Assembly (NCBI GenBank): GCA_037446635.1
Contig: JBBIIG010000022.1
Coordinates: 1-63,328, forward strand
Length of the DNA stretch: 63,328 bases
DNA from: a bacterium
GTDB lineage: Bacteria; Zhuqueibacterota; Zhuqueibacteria; Oceanimicrobiales; Oceanimicrobiaceae
Reading direction: 5' to 3'
Of the stretch, positions 36,503-45,918 are shown piece after piece. The notes beneath the pieces were generated by a model. It did not search any database. It was not told where the DNA came from and saw only the letters and a program-made list of their open reading frames with translations. The position numbers and the translations under genes were made by a program. The stretch's first letter is position 1; every line of letters begins with the position of its first letter.

Positions 36503-37777
36503 ATGAACCCCGAAAGCGATTTGATGATCTCGGAGGCGCCCACTTCCGAAACGCCCGACTTGCGTTTCCAGCGCTCGTTCCTCGCCATTTTGAACAATCG
36601 CAATTTCAGTCTGCTCTTTTTCGGACAGGTGGTTTCGCAAATTGGCGACAGCATGTACACCATCGCGCTGCTGTGGCTGCTGTTGGAATTCACCGGCTCC
36701 AAAGCCGCCATGGGTTTCGTCGCCATGATTTCTTATTTGCCGATGCTGGTGTTCGGGCTGTTTGCGGGGGTGCTGGTAGATACGTTTGATCGGCGCAAAC
36801 TGATGATCCTCGCCGACGCTCTGCGGGCGCTGCTGGTGTTAGTTTTGCCGGTCGCTTATTTTACCAACCAGATGAGTCTTGCCATTATTATTGCGGTGTC
36901 GTTTTTAGTGTCTTCGTTTTCAACGCTGTTCAATCCCGCCCGAGATGCGCTGGTGCCGCTTTTGGTGGATCGCGGTGGCTTGCTGAAGGCCAACTCGCTC
37001 ATCCAAAGCTCAACCTATTCGGCGATTTTACTCGGTCCGGTGCTGGGCGCCGCCCTCATTAGTATCTTTGGAATGATCCATTTATTTACCCTCGACGCCA
37101 TCACGTTCGTGGTTTCGCTGACGGCGCTGTGGTTCATCAGGAGCTCGCCGAGGGAACAAGCGCCGGTTAAAGTTAGCACACTGGTCAAACACTTCGCGGA
37201 AATTGTGCGCTATGTTCACCGCGAGGATAAATTGAAATTTCTGATCGGGTTGACCGCCGTCAACAATTTTTTCATCATGGGGCCGGCGATCGTAGGCACA
37301 CCGATTTTCATCAAAGAGGTTTTGAACAAGGGCGCCGCCAGCTACGCTCTCATCGAGGCGAGTCTGGGGCTCGGCATGATCACGGGCGTGTTCGTCCTGA
37401 ATTTTTTAAGCCGTCATCTCGGGAAAGGAAAAATCCTGCTGCTCGGCCTTGTCTTCGACGGCCTCACCTACGCGCTGGTCTATTGGTGTCAAAGTCTCGA
37501 GCTGCTCATGGCGCTGATTGTCATCCACGCGATGGGCATCCCGCACATTGTGGTGGCGCGCATGTCGCTGGTGCAGGAATGGGTGGCGCCCGGACTTTTG
37601 GGGCGCGTATTCAGCTTGGTGAATATGTCGGTGATCGGCATGACCGCCCTCACCACCGGCGCCACCGGTTGGTTAGCGCAGTTTGTTTCGATTGACGTGA
37701 TTTTCGGCGTGTTTGGAGCCGCGGGCATGTTGTGTGGGTTGGTGGGATGGTTGTATAAACCGTTAAGGAGTGGCTGA
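36503..37777 (+). CDS. MFS transporter (DHA3-like)
   Basis: NFSLLFFGQVVSQIGD, GVLVDTFDRRKLM motif A, about 12 TM helices. Confidence 0.9.
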   Translation: MNPESDLMISEAPTSETPDLRFQRSFLAILNNRNFSLLFFGQVVSQIGDSMYTIALLWLLLEFTGSKAAMGFVAMISYLPMLVFGLFAGVLVDTFDRRKLMILADALRALLVLVLPVAYFTNQMSLAIIIAVSFLVSSFSTLFNPARDALVPLLVDRGGLLKANSLIQSSTYSAILLGPVLGAALISIFGMIHLFTLDAITFVVSLTALWFIRSSPREQAPVKVSTLVKHFAEIVRYVHREDKLKFLIGLTAVNNFFIMGPAIVGTPIFIKEVLNKGAASYALIEASLGLGMITGVFVLNFLSRHLGKGKILLLGLVFDGLTYALVYWCQSLELLMALIVIHAMGIPHIVVARMSLVQEWVAPGLLGRVFSLVNMSVIGMTALTTGATGWLAQFVSIDVIFGVFGAAGMLCGLVGWLYKPLRSG

Positions 37778-38361
37778 TGTTCAAAAAGGAAAAAAAGAAA
37801 AAGACCAGAAAAGTTAGAATCCGAAAAAAAGCTGCGAAAAAGTCGGGCTTAGTCGATCCGCGTCGCGGAAAAATGTCGTCCGGCAAAACCGTCGTCGATA
37901 TCTCCGATTATCTTTACTATCGCAAGTTCGCCAGCGGCGAACCGTGGCAGATTCATCATGCCAACAACGAGATCTGGGAACGCGCCTGGATCGCACACCT
38001 CTGCCGGCAGCGATTGAGCACGCAGGCCGTGGGTTTTTTGGAGAGCGTTTATGAGCAGAGCCGCGATGCTTTCCTGCGCGGTTTGTTGGCGCGCAAAAGT
38101 TACCTCCTACGCCGCGACTATTTGCAGTCGTTTCGCGAATACTCCGACCGCGCCCTGCTTTTGTTGGCGCAGCGAGAAAATTACTTTGACAAATGGGAGG
38201 AAATGTTTATATTGGGCTGCTTCGGAAGCGCGCGAGTCATTCCGGAGATCGAATCGTGGCTCTTAAACGAAAAGGACTATATTCTTCGTGAGACGATGCA
38301 GCGAGCCATTGAAAAGATTCGCAGCAGCAAGAAACAGAAAATTCGCGACCGAGGTTTTTAG
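37777..38361 (+). CDS. Hypothetical protein (lysine-rich N-terminus, HEAT-like helical C-terminus)
   Basis: 194-aa ORF translationally coupled to the MFS gene. Confidence 0.6.
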   Translation: MFKKEKKKKTRKVRIRKKAAKKSGLVDPRRGKMSSGKTVVDISDYLYYRKFASGEPWQIHHANNEIWERAWIAHLCRQRLSTQAVGFLESVYEQSRDAFLRGLLARKSYLLRRDYLQSFREYSDRALLLLAQRENYFDKWEEMFILGCFGSARVIPEIESWLLNEKDYILRETMQRAIEKIRSSKKQKIRDRGF

Positions 38362-38363
38362 AA

Positions 38364-38840
38364 TTATTCAATAAATTCGATTTTCAATATTTCATATTTC
38401 TTGGTACCGCGCGGTAGGCTTACTTCGACAACTTCGCCTTTCTTATGGTTGATGAGCGCTTTGGCTAACGGGGATAAGTAGCTAATGATGCCATTATCAA
38501 TATCGGTTTCGCCTTCTCCAAGAATCGTGTAATTTTCCTCCTGTCCCGACGACTGATCGCGGATGCTAACACGTTTCCCCAGAGTCACCGTGTCGCTCGG
38601 CATATCTTCTTTGCGAATGATGCGGGCGTTCACGAAACGCTCTTGAAGTTGTCCTAATTTTGCCATATAGTTGGCTTGCTTGTTTTTGGCGGCTTCGTAT
38701 TCGGCGTTTTCGCGCAGGTCGCCGTGCTCACGCGCAGCCGCAATCTCTTTTGCGATGTCGTTCTTGATGAACTTTTCTAAATCGTCTATCTCTTTTTTTA
38801 ATTTTAGATAGCCTTGTTCTGTAAAATAGTAAACCTTCAT
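38364..38840 (-). CDS. greA: Transcription elongation factor GreA
   Basis: AREHGDLRENAEY, ISYLSPLAKAL; promoter TTGTTT-17-TATATT at 38905..38877. Confidence 0.96.
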   Translation of the reverse strand: MKVYYFTEQGYLKLKKEIDDLEKFIKNDIAKEIAAAREHGDLRENAEYEAAKNKQANYMAKLGQLQERFVNARIIRKEDMPSDTVTLGKRVSIRDQSSGQEENYTILGEGETDIDNGIISYLSPLAKALINHKKGEVVEVSLPRGTKKYEILKIEFIE

Positions 38841-38908
38841 TACAAAACTCCCGCGTTTTTGTTTTTTGAAAGCGCCAATATACAAAATCTTGCCTAAGAA
38901 AACAAGAG

Positions 38909-39994
38909 ATGAAATTAGAGCAAAAATTTAGAGACGCGTTTAACGAGAAGCTGCTGGATTGGTATTATAAAAATAAACGCGACCTGCCCTGGCGTCGAAC
39001 TGCGGATCCGTATAAGATTTGGATCTCCGAAGTGATGCTGCAGCAAACCCAGGTGGAGCAGGCCACGCCCTATTATGAAAAATTTTTGGAAACCTACCCC
39101 AACATCCAGTCGCTGGCCAACGCGCCGCTGGAAGAAATTTTAAAAGTTTGCGAGGGCATGGGGTATTACGCGCGCGCCCGCAACATCAAAAGCGCGGCGG
39201 ATATCATCGTTAGCCAGCACAACGGCGAGATTCCCAACACACACGAGGAGTTGATCAAAATTCCCGGCATCGGGCCCTACACGGCGGCGGCCATCGCCAG
39301 CATCGCGTTCAATGAAAACTATCCGGTGGTGGATGGCAACGTGATGCGGGTGCTGGCGCGCGTGCTGAAGATCGAAGAGCCGCCGAAGAAGAAGGGCGTC
39401 AAGTCCAAATTTGTACAGGCCGCGCGCAGTTTGATGCCCGCAGGCAAGGCCGGCGATTTCAATCAGGCGTTGATGGAATTGGGCGCGCTGGTCTGCACGC
39501 CGCAAAAACCAAAATGTCCGCAGTGCCCCATCAAGTTCTTCTGCCAGGCCTATCAAACGTTGGACGATCCGTCCGTGCTGCCGGTGCGCAGCCCCGCGAA
39601 GGCGAAGCCGCATCATAATGTTGTCATCGGTATTATTTGGAAGAAAGGAAAAGTCCTCATCGATCGCCGGCCGGAGCAGGGATTGTTGGGCGGACTGTGG
39701 GAATTTCCCGGCGGCAAACAAGAGGCCGGTGAAACGCTGGAAGAGTGTTTAGAACGCGAGATTCGCGAAGAGTTGAATATCAAAATTCGGGTGCAGGGGC
39801 CGTTTCTGACGGTGCCCCATGCCTACACCCATTTCAAAATCACACTGCACTCGTTTCAATGCCAGCATCTCGAAGGCGAGCCGCGTCCCCAAAAAGCCAT
39901 CGGCTGGAAATGGGTGGCGCCAAAAGATTTGCGCAAATATGCTTTCCCGAAAGCGAACAAAATCATCCTCGACGCTTTGTTGGAGAATTTGTAA
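38909..39994 (+). CDS. mutY: A/G-specific adenine glycosylase with C-terminal Nudix domain
   Basis: ISEVMLQQTQV, GIGPYTA HhH, VDGNV, C-x6-C-x2-C-x5-C Fe-S cluster. Confidence 0.96.
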   Translation: MKLEQKFRDAFNEKLLDWYYKNKRDLPWRRTADPYKIWISEVMLQQTQVEQATPYYEKFLETYPNIQSLANAPLEEILKVCEGMGYYARARNIKSAADIIVSQHNGEIPNTHEELIKIPGIGPYTAAAIASIAFNENYPVVDGNVMRVLARVLKIEEPPKKKGVKSKFVQAARSLMPAGKAGDFNQALMELGALVCTPQKPKCPQCPIKFFCQAYQTLDDPSVLPVRSPAKAKPHHNVVIGIIWKKGKVLIDRRPEQGLLGGLWEFPGGKQEAGETLEECLEREIREELNIKIRVQGPFLTVPHAYTHFKITLHSFQCQHLEGEPRPQKAIGWKWVAPKDLRKYAFPKANKIILDALLENL

Positions 39995-40278
39995 TGGAAA
40001 TCGACGTTGCCCCGGCCAAAGAAAAAACCACCACTCAGAAGCCAAAGGTAGCTCGCCCCTGGCAGGTGATCCTTTACAATGATGATATCCACACCTTCGA
40101 CGAAGTGATTTTGCAAGTTCAAAAAGCCACCGGCTGTTCAACGCTCGAAGCCACCCGCATCACCATGGAGGCGCATTTTAAAGGCAAGGCGGTGGCGTTC
40201 ACCGGCGACTTCGCTGAATGCCATCGCGTGGCCGGGGTGCTGCGGGAGATCGGGTTAATAGTCGAAATTCAAGGGTGA
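39994..40278 (+). CDS. clpS: ATP-dependent Clp protease adaptor ClpS
   Basis: VILYNDDIHTFDEVI, MEAHFKGKA; start overlaps the mutY stop. Confidence 0.88.
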   Translation: MEIDVAPAKEKTTTQKPKVARPWQVILYNDDIHTFDEVILQVQKATGCSTLEATRITMEAHFKGKAVAFTGDFAECHRVAGVLREIGLIVEIQG

Positions 40279-40498
40279 AAACGGCGTTGGGTTTCCCGCC
40301 CTGGTTGGGATTCTCCAAATTTCTTCCTTTGTGTTTAATATTCCATCATTCGATTCCTGATTCCGAGAAGGCCATATCTCTAAATTCTTATGAATGGGAA
40401 TGAAGCCGAAACCATGATGGTTGGCGGCCACCATTGCCGTTAGGCTTAAGTCGATTTAAATCAAGGATCTTAGATTTAAGATCCGCACGCCGCTTCCG

Positions 40499-40514
40499 TG
40501 GCATGAAAATTGAG
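40499..40514 (+). promoter_or_regulatory. Putative sigma-54 -24/-12 promoter upstream of the transhydrogenase operon
   Basis: TGGCATGAAAATTGAG versus consensus TGGCACG-N4-TTGCW. Confidence 0.5.
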
Positions 40515-40615
40515 TTGAATATTGAATTCAAAATTTGAAAATACGGTCAAATTCGTTTATTTTTATAACAATATTCACTATGTTCTAACTGAATTTTTTT
40601 CATAGGAGGTAAACG

Positions 40616-41773
40616 TTGAAAGTCGGCATTCCCAAAGAAATTATGGAGGGGGAAACCCGGGTGGCGGTGGTGCCCGCGATGGTTGCGGCGTTGAAAAAAG
40701 ATGGGCACGAAGTTTTCGTCGAGGCCGGCGCGGGCGTTTCGGCCTCGTTCGCGGACAGCGACTATGAGGCTGCCGGCGCAACCATTGTCAATGATGCCGG
40801 GCGACTTTATGGCGAGGTGGATGCGGTGATGAAATTTCAGGCGCCGATGCAGAATATGAAACTGAAAAAGCATGAGCTGGAATTGCTTAAAGAGGGCGCC
40901 GCGATGGTTAGCTCGCTTCCGCCCGCGCTTCACAAAGAGATCATCCCGATTCTTCTCAAACGGCGCATTACCGCTTTTGGGATGGAGTACCTGCCGCGCA
41001 TTACCAAGGCGCAAAGCATGGACGTGTTGAGCTCCATGTCCACCGTGGCCGGTTACAAAGCGGTGCTGCTGGCTGCGTATCATCTCGGCAAATTATTTCC
41101 GTTGTTGATGACCGCCGCCGGCACCATTCCCCCGGCGAATGTTTTGATCCTCGGCGCCGGCGTCGCCGGCTTGCAGGCCATCGCCACGGCCAAGCGCTTG
41201 GGCGCGAAAGTCGAAGCGTTCGATCCGCGGCCGGCGGTGCGGGAACAGGTGGAAAGCTTGGGGGCGCAGTTCATCGAAATGGAACTGCCAAAAGACGTGG
41301 AGACCGCCGGCGGCTACGCCAAAGAGCAGTCGGAAGAATTTTTGAAAAAAGAACGCGAGGTGATCGGCAAGCGCCTGCCGCGCGTGGATGCCGTGATCAC
41401 CACGGCGCAGATTTTCGGCAAACCTTCGCCGGTGCTCATCACCGAGGAGATGGTGAAAACCATGCCGACCGGTTCGGTGATCATCGATTTGGCGGCGGCC
41501 GAAGGCGGCAACTGCGAGCTTTCGCAAGCCGGCGAGATGGCGACCAGGCACGGCGTTTTGATTTACGGCGCCATCAATCTCGCGCGCACGGTGCCGGTGC
41601 ACGCCAGCCAGATGCACTCTAAAAACGTCATCAATTTTTTTAAGCACGTGTTCAAAAGCTCCGGGTTTGATTTTAACGACGAGATCACCAAAAGCACCTG
41701 CATCACCCACAATGGCGAAATTATAAATCAAATGGTGAAAAAGAATTTTGAAGCGGAGGGCAACGCAAAATGA
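40616..41773 (+). CDS. pntAA: NAD(P) transhydrogenase alpha subunit, part 1
   Basis: GIPKE..GETRVA, RITKAQSMDVLSS, GAGVAGLQA, GGYAK. Confidence 0.95.
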   Translation: MKVGIPKEIMEGETRVAVVPAMVAALKKDGHEVFVEAGAGVSASFADSDYEAAGATIVNDAGRLYGEVDAVMKFQAPMQNMKLKKHELELLKEGAAMVSSLPPALHKEIIPILLKRRITAFGMEYLPRITKAQSMDVLSSMSTVAGYKAVLLAAYHLGKLFPLLMTAAGTIPPANVLILGAGVAGLQAIATAKRLGAKVEAFDPRPAVREQVESLGAQFIEMELPKDVETAGGYAKEQSEEFLKKEREVIGKRLPRVDAVITTAQIFGKPSPVLITEEMVKTMPTGSVIIDLAAAEGGNCELSQAGEMATRHGVLIYGAINLARTVPVHASQMHSKNVINFFKHVFKSSGFDFNDEITKSTCITHNGEIINQMVKKNFEAEGNAK

Positions 41774-42057
41774 CGGAAGCGATCATCATCTCGATTTATG
41801 TTTTCGTTCTGGCGATTTTTGTCGGCTTCGAGCTCATCACCAAAGTGCCGCCGCTGCTGCACACGCCGCTGATGTCCGGTTCCAACGCGATTTCCGGCAT
41901 CACCATCGTCGGCGCGCTGCTCAGCGCCGGCAGCGGCCACACCGTACTCACTTCGATCCTTGGATTCGTTGCTGTGGTGTTCGCGACCATCAACGTGGTC
42001 GGAGGATTTATGGTGACCGATCGCATGTTGGAGATGTTCAAAAAAGATAAACGATAA
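41770..42057 (+). CDS. pntAB: NAD(P) transhydrogenase alpha subunit, part 2
   Basis: LHTPLMSGSNAISG, GGFMVTDRML. Confidence 0.95.
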   Translation: MTEAIIISIYVFVLAIFVGFELITKVPPLLHTPLMSGSNAISGITIVGALLSAGSGHTVLTSILGFVAVVFATINVVGGFMVTDRMLEMFKKDKR

Positions 42058-42083
42058 AAAAATAGGGAAGGGTAGGCACTAAG

Positions 42084-43454
42084 ATGATTGGATTGGTTAG
42101 CATCGCATATTTAATCGCATCGGTATTATTTATCCTCGGACTCAAACAGCTTGGCTCTCCCAAAACCGCCCGCCGCGGCAACCAACTCGCCATGATGGGG
42201 ATGCTCATCGCTATTGTGGTCACGTTGTTGGATAAAAAGATAATTGATTTCACGTACATCATCGCCGGCCTGATTCTCGGCTCGCTCATCGGCGTGATCG
42301 CGGCGAAGAAAGTGCAAATGACCGCCATGCCGCAAATGGTCGCCATTTTTAACGGCTTCGGCGGCGGCGCTTCCACGTTGGTGGCGCTAGCGGAATATTT
42401 GCATTTTACCAGCCCCCCCCACGTCAACGTCACCATCACCATCGTACTCAGCGTGCTGATCGGAACGGTAACCTTCACCGGGAGTTTGATTGCATTCGCG
42501 AAGCTGCAGGGGATCATGCGCGGCGCGCCCATTGTTTATTCCATGCAGCATTATGTGAACGCGATAATTTTGCTGGCCGTCGTTGGGCTGGGGGCGTGGT
42601 TTGTTTTGGAGCCCTCACTTCTGAATCTGATCATCATTATAATTGTGCTTTCGGCAATTTTGGGAGTCACCTCCGTGATACCCATCGGCGGCGCCGATAT
42701 GCCGGTGGTAATTTCGTTGTTGAACTCCTATTCCGGAATGGCCGCCGCCGCCACCGGCTTTGTGATTTCCAACAATGTGTTGATTATCAGCGGCGCGCTG
42801 GTGGGCGCTTCCGGACTGATTCTCACCCAGATCATGTGCGTGGCGATGAACCGCTCGCTGGGCAACGTGTTGTTTGCGGCGGTGGGCACCGATGGCGGCG
42901 TTGTCAGCGCCGCCGGCGAACAAAAGCAAGTGACGCGCTACACTCCGGACGACGCCGTGGTGATGCTCGAACGCGCGCAGTCGGTGATCATCGTGCCGGG
43001 TTACGGATTGGCGGTGGCGCAAGCCCAGCACGCACTGCAGGAGATGGCTTCGATTTTGATGGAGCGCGGGGTGAAAGTCCGCTACGCGATTCACCCGGTG
43101 GCGGGGCGCATGCCCGGCCACATGAACGTGCTGTTGGCCGAGGCCAACGTGCCGTACGATCTTCTCTGTGAAATGGACGCCATCAACGACGATTTTCAAA
43201 ACACCGACGTGGCGCTGGTGATCGGCGCCAACGACGTCATCAATCCCGCGGCGCGCTATAAAAAAGACAGCGCCCTCTACGGCATGCCCATCCTCAACGT
43301 GGACATGGCGCGCACGGTGATGATCGTCAAGCGCAGCCTCGCCTCCGGCTTTGCCGGCGAAGACAACGAACTGTTCTTCAACGAAAAGACCATGATGATT
43401 TTCGGCGACGCCAAAAAAGTGGTGACGGAGATCGTGCAGCTTTTGAAGTCTTAA
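42084..43454 (+). CDS. pntB: NAD(P) transhydrogenase beta subunit
   Basis: MTAMPQMVA, IGGADMPVV, HPVAGRMPGHMNVLLAEA. Confidence 0.97.
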   Translation: MIGLVSIAYLIASVLFILGLKQLGSPKTARRGNQLAMMGMLIAIVVTLLDKKIIDFTYIIAGLILGSLIGVIAAKKVQMTAMPQMVAIFNGFGGGASTLVALAEYLHFTSPPHVNVTITIVLSVLIGTVTFTGSLIAFAKLQGIMRGAPIVYSMQHYVNAIILLAVVGLGAWFVLEPSLLNLIIIIIVLSAILGVTSVIPIGGADMPVVISLLNSYSGMAAAATGFVISNNVLIISGALVGASGLILTQIMCVAMNRSLGNVLFAAVGTDGGVVSAAGEQKQVTRYTPDDAVVMLERAQSVIIVPGYGLAVAQAQHALQEMASILMERGVKVRYAIHPVAGRMPGHMNVLLAEANVPYDLLCEMDAINDDFQNTDVALVIGANDVINPAARYKKDSALYGMPILNVDMARTVMIVKRSLASGFAGEDNELFFNEKTMMIFGDAKKVVTEIVQLLKS

Positions 43455-43488
43455 CAAGCTGCCAAGATTTTTGACCAATCGTTCATAG

Positions 43489-43520
43489 AAAGCCATGTTG
43501 ACGAAAGCATGGCTTTTTTT
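43489..43520 (+). terminator. Rho-independent terminator
   Basis: aaagccatg...catggcttt followed by a T-tract. Confidence 0.8.
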
Positions 43521-43614
43521 ATTTTTGATTTTTATTTACTGAATCCTTATCATTAGGCAAATGAACCCAAAAACTTTCTGTGCCCACTGGTAAGTTTAAA
43601 GTGGACATTCTGTC

Positions 43615-44934
43615 TTGATTATGAATAAAAAACTACTTATCGCTGGCGGCCTGTCTCTATTAATCATCGTGACCCTCCTCATACTTTTAACTCAGCAGTT
43701 GGAATTCACTGCCCAATTGGCAATGCAGTCCGACGCCATGGCCATCGTCAATTATTACCAACCGCGGCGAATTGTGCTCTCGCCCACGCCAATGGAATCG
43801 CCGTTAAAGCTGCCGGAGTTCAAATCGCCGCCGCTTTTTGGAACGCTGGCCGTGGGCACAGGCGCGGATACTCTCATAACGATCGTTATTGATGAGTCGC
43901 CGCTGGTTCCTACACAGAGCGCAGGAACCAGAACGGCGCAGTTTGTTCCCACGCAGAGCGTGGGAACCAGAAGTGAGTTCCGCGGGGAAACCAACCGTGA
44001 TCACGTCCATTTCATTTATGTTGACAAAAATAACAATCAGGATTTGACCGATGACGGCGAGCCTTTTTGGGATGACGACCGCGGCGATTATCTTACCAAA
44101 GAAATTCTGGTGGACGTTTCGTATTTCAAAGACGGCGTGAACGTCGCTGTGCCCTATCCGATCTCCCTTTACCGTTACAAAAACCGGTTGCACGATTCCG
44201 TCATCGCGTACCGCAATGGCTACCGCGAGGGCGAGGTGGCGTTGAAAGACGGCGTCTATAAAATCGCCCTGCTGGACGACGACCTCAACGGCCGTTTCGA
44301 CGATCGCCGCACGGCGCTGATCATCGACGTCGATCGCGACGGCGCTTTGAATGGCCACACCGACTCGCCGGAATACTTCTTCATTGGCGAGCCGTTTAAC
44401 ATCAGCGGCGTGATTTATCGCGTTAAGCGAGTTACGCCAGCGGGGGGTACCATTGTTTTTGAAATAACGGACGCGAAGGCGCCGCAAAAGATCGCGCTGC
44501 GCGCGGGAACGCCAGCGCCGGCTTTTGAAGCCGTTACTCTGAAAGGACAAACCATCGCTCTCAGCGATTTCAAAAACAAAGTCGTGCTGCTGGATTTCTG
44601 GGCGAGCTGGTGCAAACCGTGGGAGAACGATTTGCCGGGCCTGCTGCGGAATTATGATCGTTATCACCAACGCGATTTTGAGATCATCGGCGTTAATCTG
44701 GATTTTGATCTTGAGCACGTGAGGCAATATCTCGAAACAAAGAAGATCAAGTGGCCGCAAATTGCCGACGGCGCCGGCTGGCATTCGCCGCTAGTGGCAT
44801 TGTACGGCGTCGCGGCGCTACCGAAAAATATTTTGATCGATCGCATGGGCGTCGTTCGTTACAAAGATTTGCGCGGTGCCAGCCTGAGCGCCAAAATTTA
44901 TGAGCTGGTGAATGAGGCGGAGGTGGTGAACTGA
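43615..44934 (+). CDS. Membrane-anchored TlpA-like redoxin with long N-terminal domain and CxxW active site
   Basis: N-terminal TM; DxNxNxD-type loops; APAF...VVLLDFWASWCKPW...LIDRMG. Confidence 0.82.
   Translation: MIMNKKLLIAGGLSLLIIVTLLILLTQQLEFTAQLAMQSDAMAIVNYYQPRRIVLSPTPMESPLKLPEFKSPPLFGTLAVGTGADTLITIVIDESPLVPTQSAGTRTAQFVPTQSVGTRSEFRGETNRDHVHFIYVDKNNNQDLTDDGEPFWDDDRGDYLTKEILVDVSYFKDGVNVAVPYPISLYRYKNRLHDSVIAYRNGYREGEVALKDGVYKIALLDDDLNGRFDDRRTALIIDVDRDGALNGHTDSPEYFFIGEPFNISGVIYRVKRVTPAGGTIVFEITDAKAPQKIALRAGTPAPAFEAVTLKGQTIALSDFKNKVVLLDFWASWCKPWENDLPGLLRNYDRYHQRDFEIIGVNLDFDLEHVRQYLETKKIKWPQIADGAGWHSPLVALYGVAALPKNILIDRMGVVRYKDLRGASLSAKIYELVNEAEVVN
43903..43970. repeat. Two REP-like palindromes in frame inside the redoxin gene
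   Basis: ctggttcctacacagagcgcaggaaccag and gttcccacgcagagcgtgggaac, encoding VPTQSAGTR and VPTQSVGTR. Confidence 0.88.
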
Positions 44935-45896
44935 TGATGTTCCACTACGACAAAGGCATCAAGTTAAATGGCGCGTCACTTTGGCTGGATGCCCACAAAG
45001 CTGTGGAAGTTTGTTATATCTCACACGCCCACCTGGATCACGCCAAGAAGCACCGCCGAATTCTCGCCACAGAACAAACCATTCAGTTTTTCACCGCCCG
45101 AGTTGGCAGTAGCAACTCTGTTTGTTTGGAGTTCAGAAAGCCATTGAATTTCGAAGGATTCAAAATTACGCTTTTCCCCGCTGGCCATATTTTAGGCTCG
45201 GCGCAAGCGCTGGTTGAAGTTGACGGGTTTCGTTTGCTTTACTCGGGCGATTTTAATTTGACGCCCAGCGCCGCCGCCGAGACTATCGAAATTCCGCAAA
45301 GCGACGTGTTAATTATGGAGTGCACCTACGGCCGTCCGTTTTATCGCTTTCCGGATCGGCGGTTGGTGGCGGAACAGTTGTTGGATTTCATCGCGCGTTC
45401 GCTGCGGAGCGGCGCGACGCCGGTGGTGATTGGCTACGCCCTCGGCAAGGCGCAGGAAGCGATGAAGATAATCGGCGACGCCGGCTACGCGATGAGCGTC
45501 CACGGATCGGTGGCGCGGCTGGCGAAAATTTATGAAGCTTTTGGCGTGCGTTTCGGGGGTTGGCAAAAATACCACCGGGATGAGTTGGCGGGCAAAGTTC
45601 TGATCGTTCCGCCGGCCGCCTTGCGGACGCGCATGATCAAAAGGATAGCGAATAAGAAAACCGTTTTTCTTTCCGGCTGGGCGCTGCACCCGGAAACGAA
45701 GTATCGCCGCGGCGTGGACGCCGCCCTGCCGCTGAGCGACCATTGCGATTTTGAGGGCTTACTCGAATACGCCCGGCGGGTGAACGCGAAAAAAATTTAT
45801 ACCCTCCACGGGTTCGAGGATTTCGCGACTTACCTGCGAAGATTGGGGTTTGACGCCGAGTCCCTGCGGTCTCAAAAACAGCTGTCGTTATTTTGA
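44934..45896 (+). CDS. Metallo-beta-lactamase-fold nuclease (beta-CASP-like)
   Basis: SHAHLDH, AGHILGS, YSGD, ECTYG, SDHCD, HG. Confidence 0.88.
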   Translation: MMFHYDKGIKLNGASLWLDAHKAVEVCYISHAHLDHAKKHRRILATEQTIQFFTARVGSSNSVCLEFRKPLNFEGFKITLFPAGHILGSAQALVEVDGFRLLYSGDFNLTPSAAAETIEIPQSDVLIMECTYGRPFYRFPDRRLVAEQLLDFIARSLRSGATPVVIGYALGKAQEAMKIIGDAGYAMSVHGSVARLAKIYEAFGVRFGGWQKYHRDELAGKVLIVPPAALRTRMIKRIANKKTVFLSGWALHPETKYRRGVDAALPLSDHCDFEGLLEYARRVNAKKIYTLHGFEDFATYLRRLGFDAESLRSQKQLSLF

Positions 45897-45918
45897 GCAG
45901 CGAATGGGTGCGATGGTA

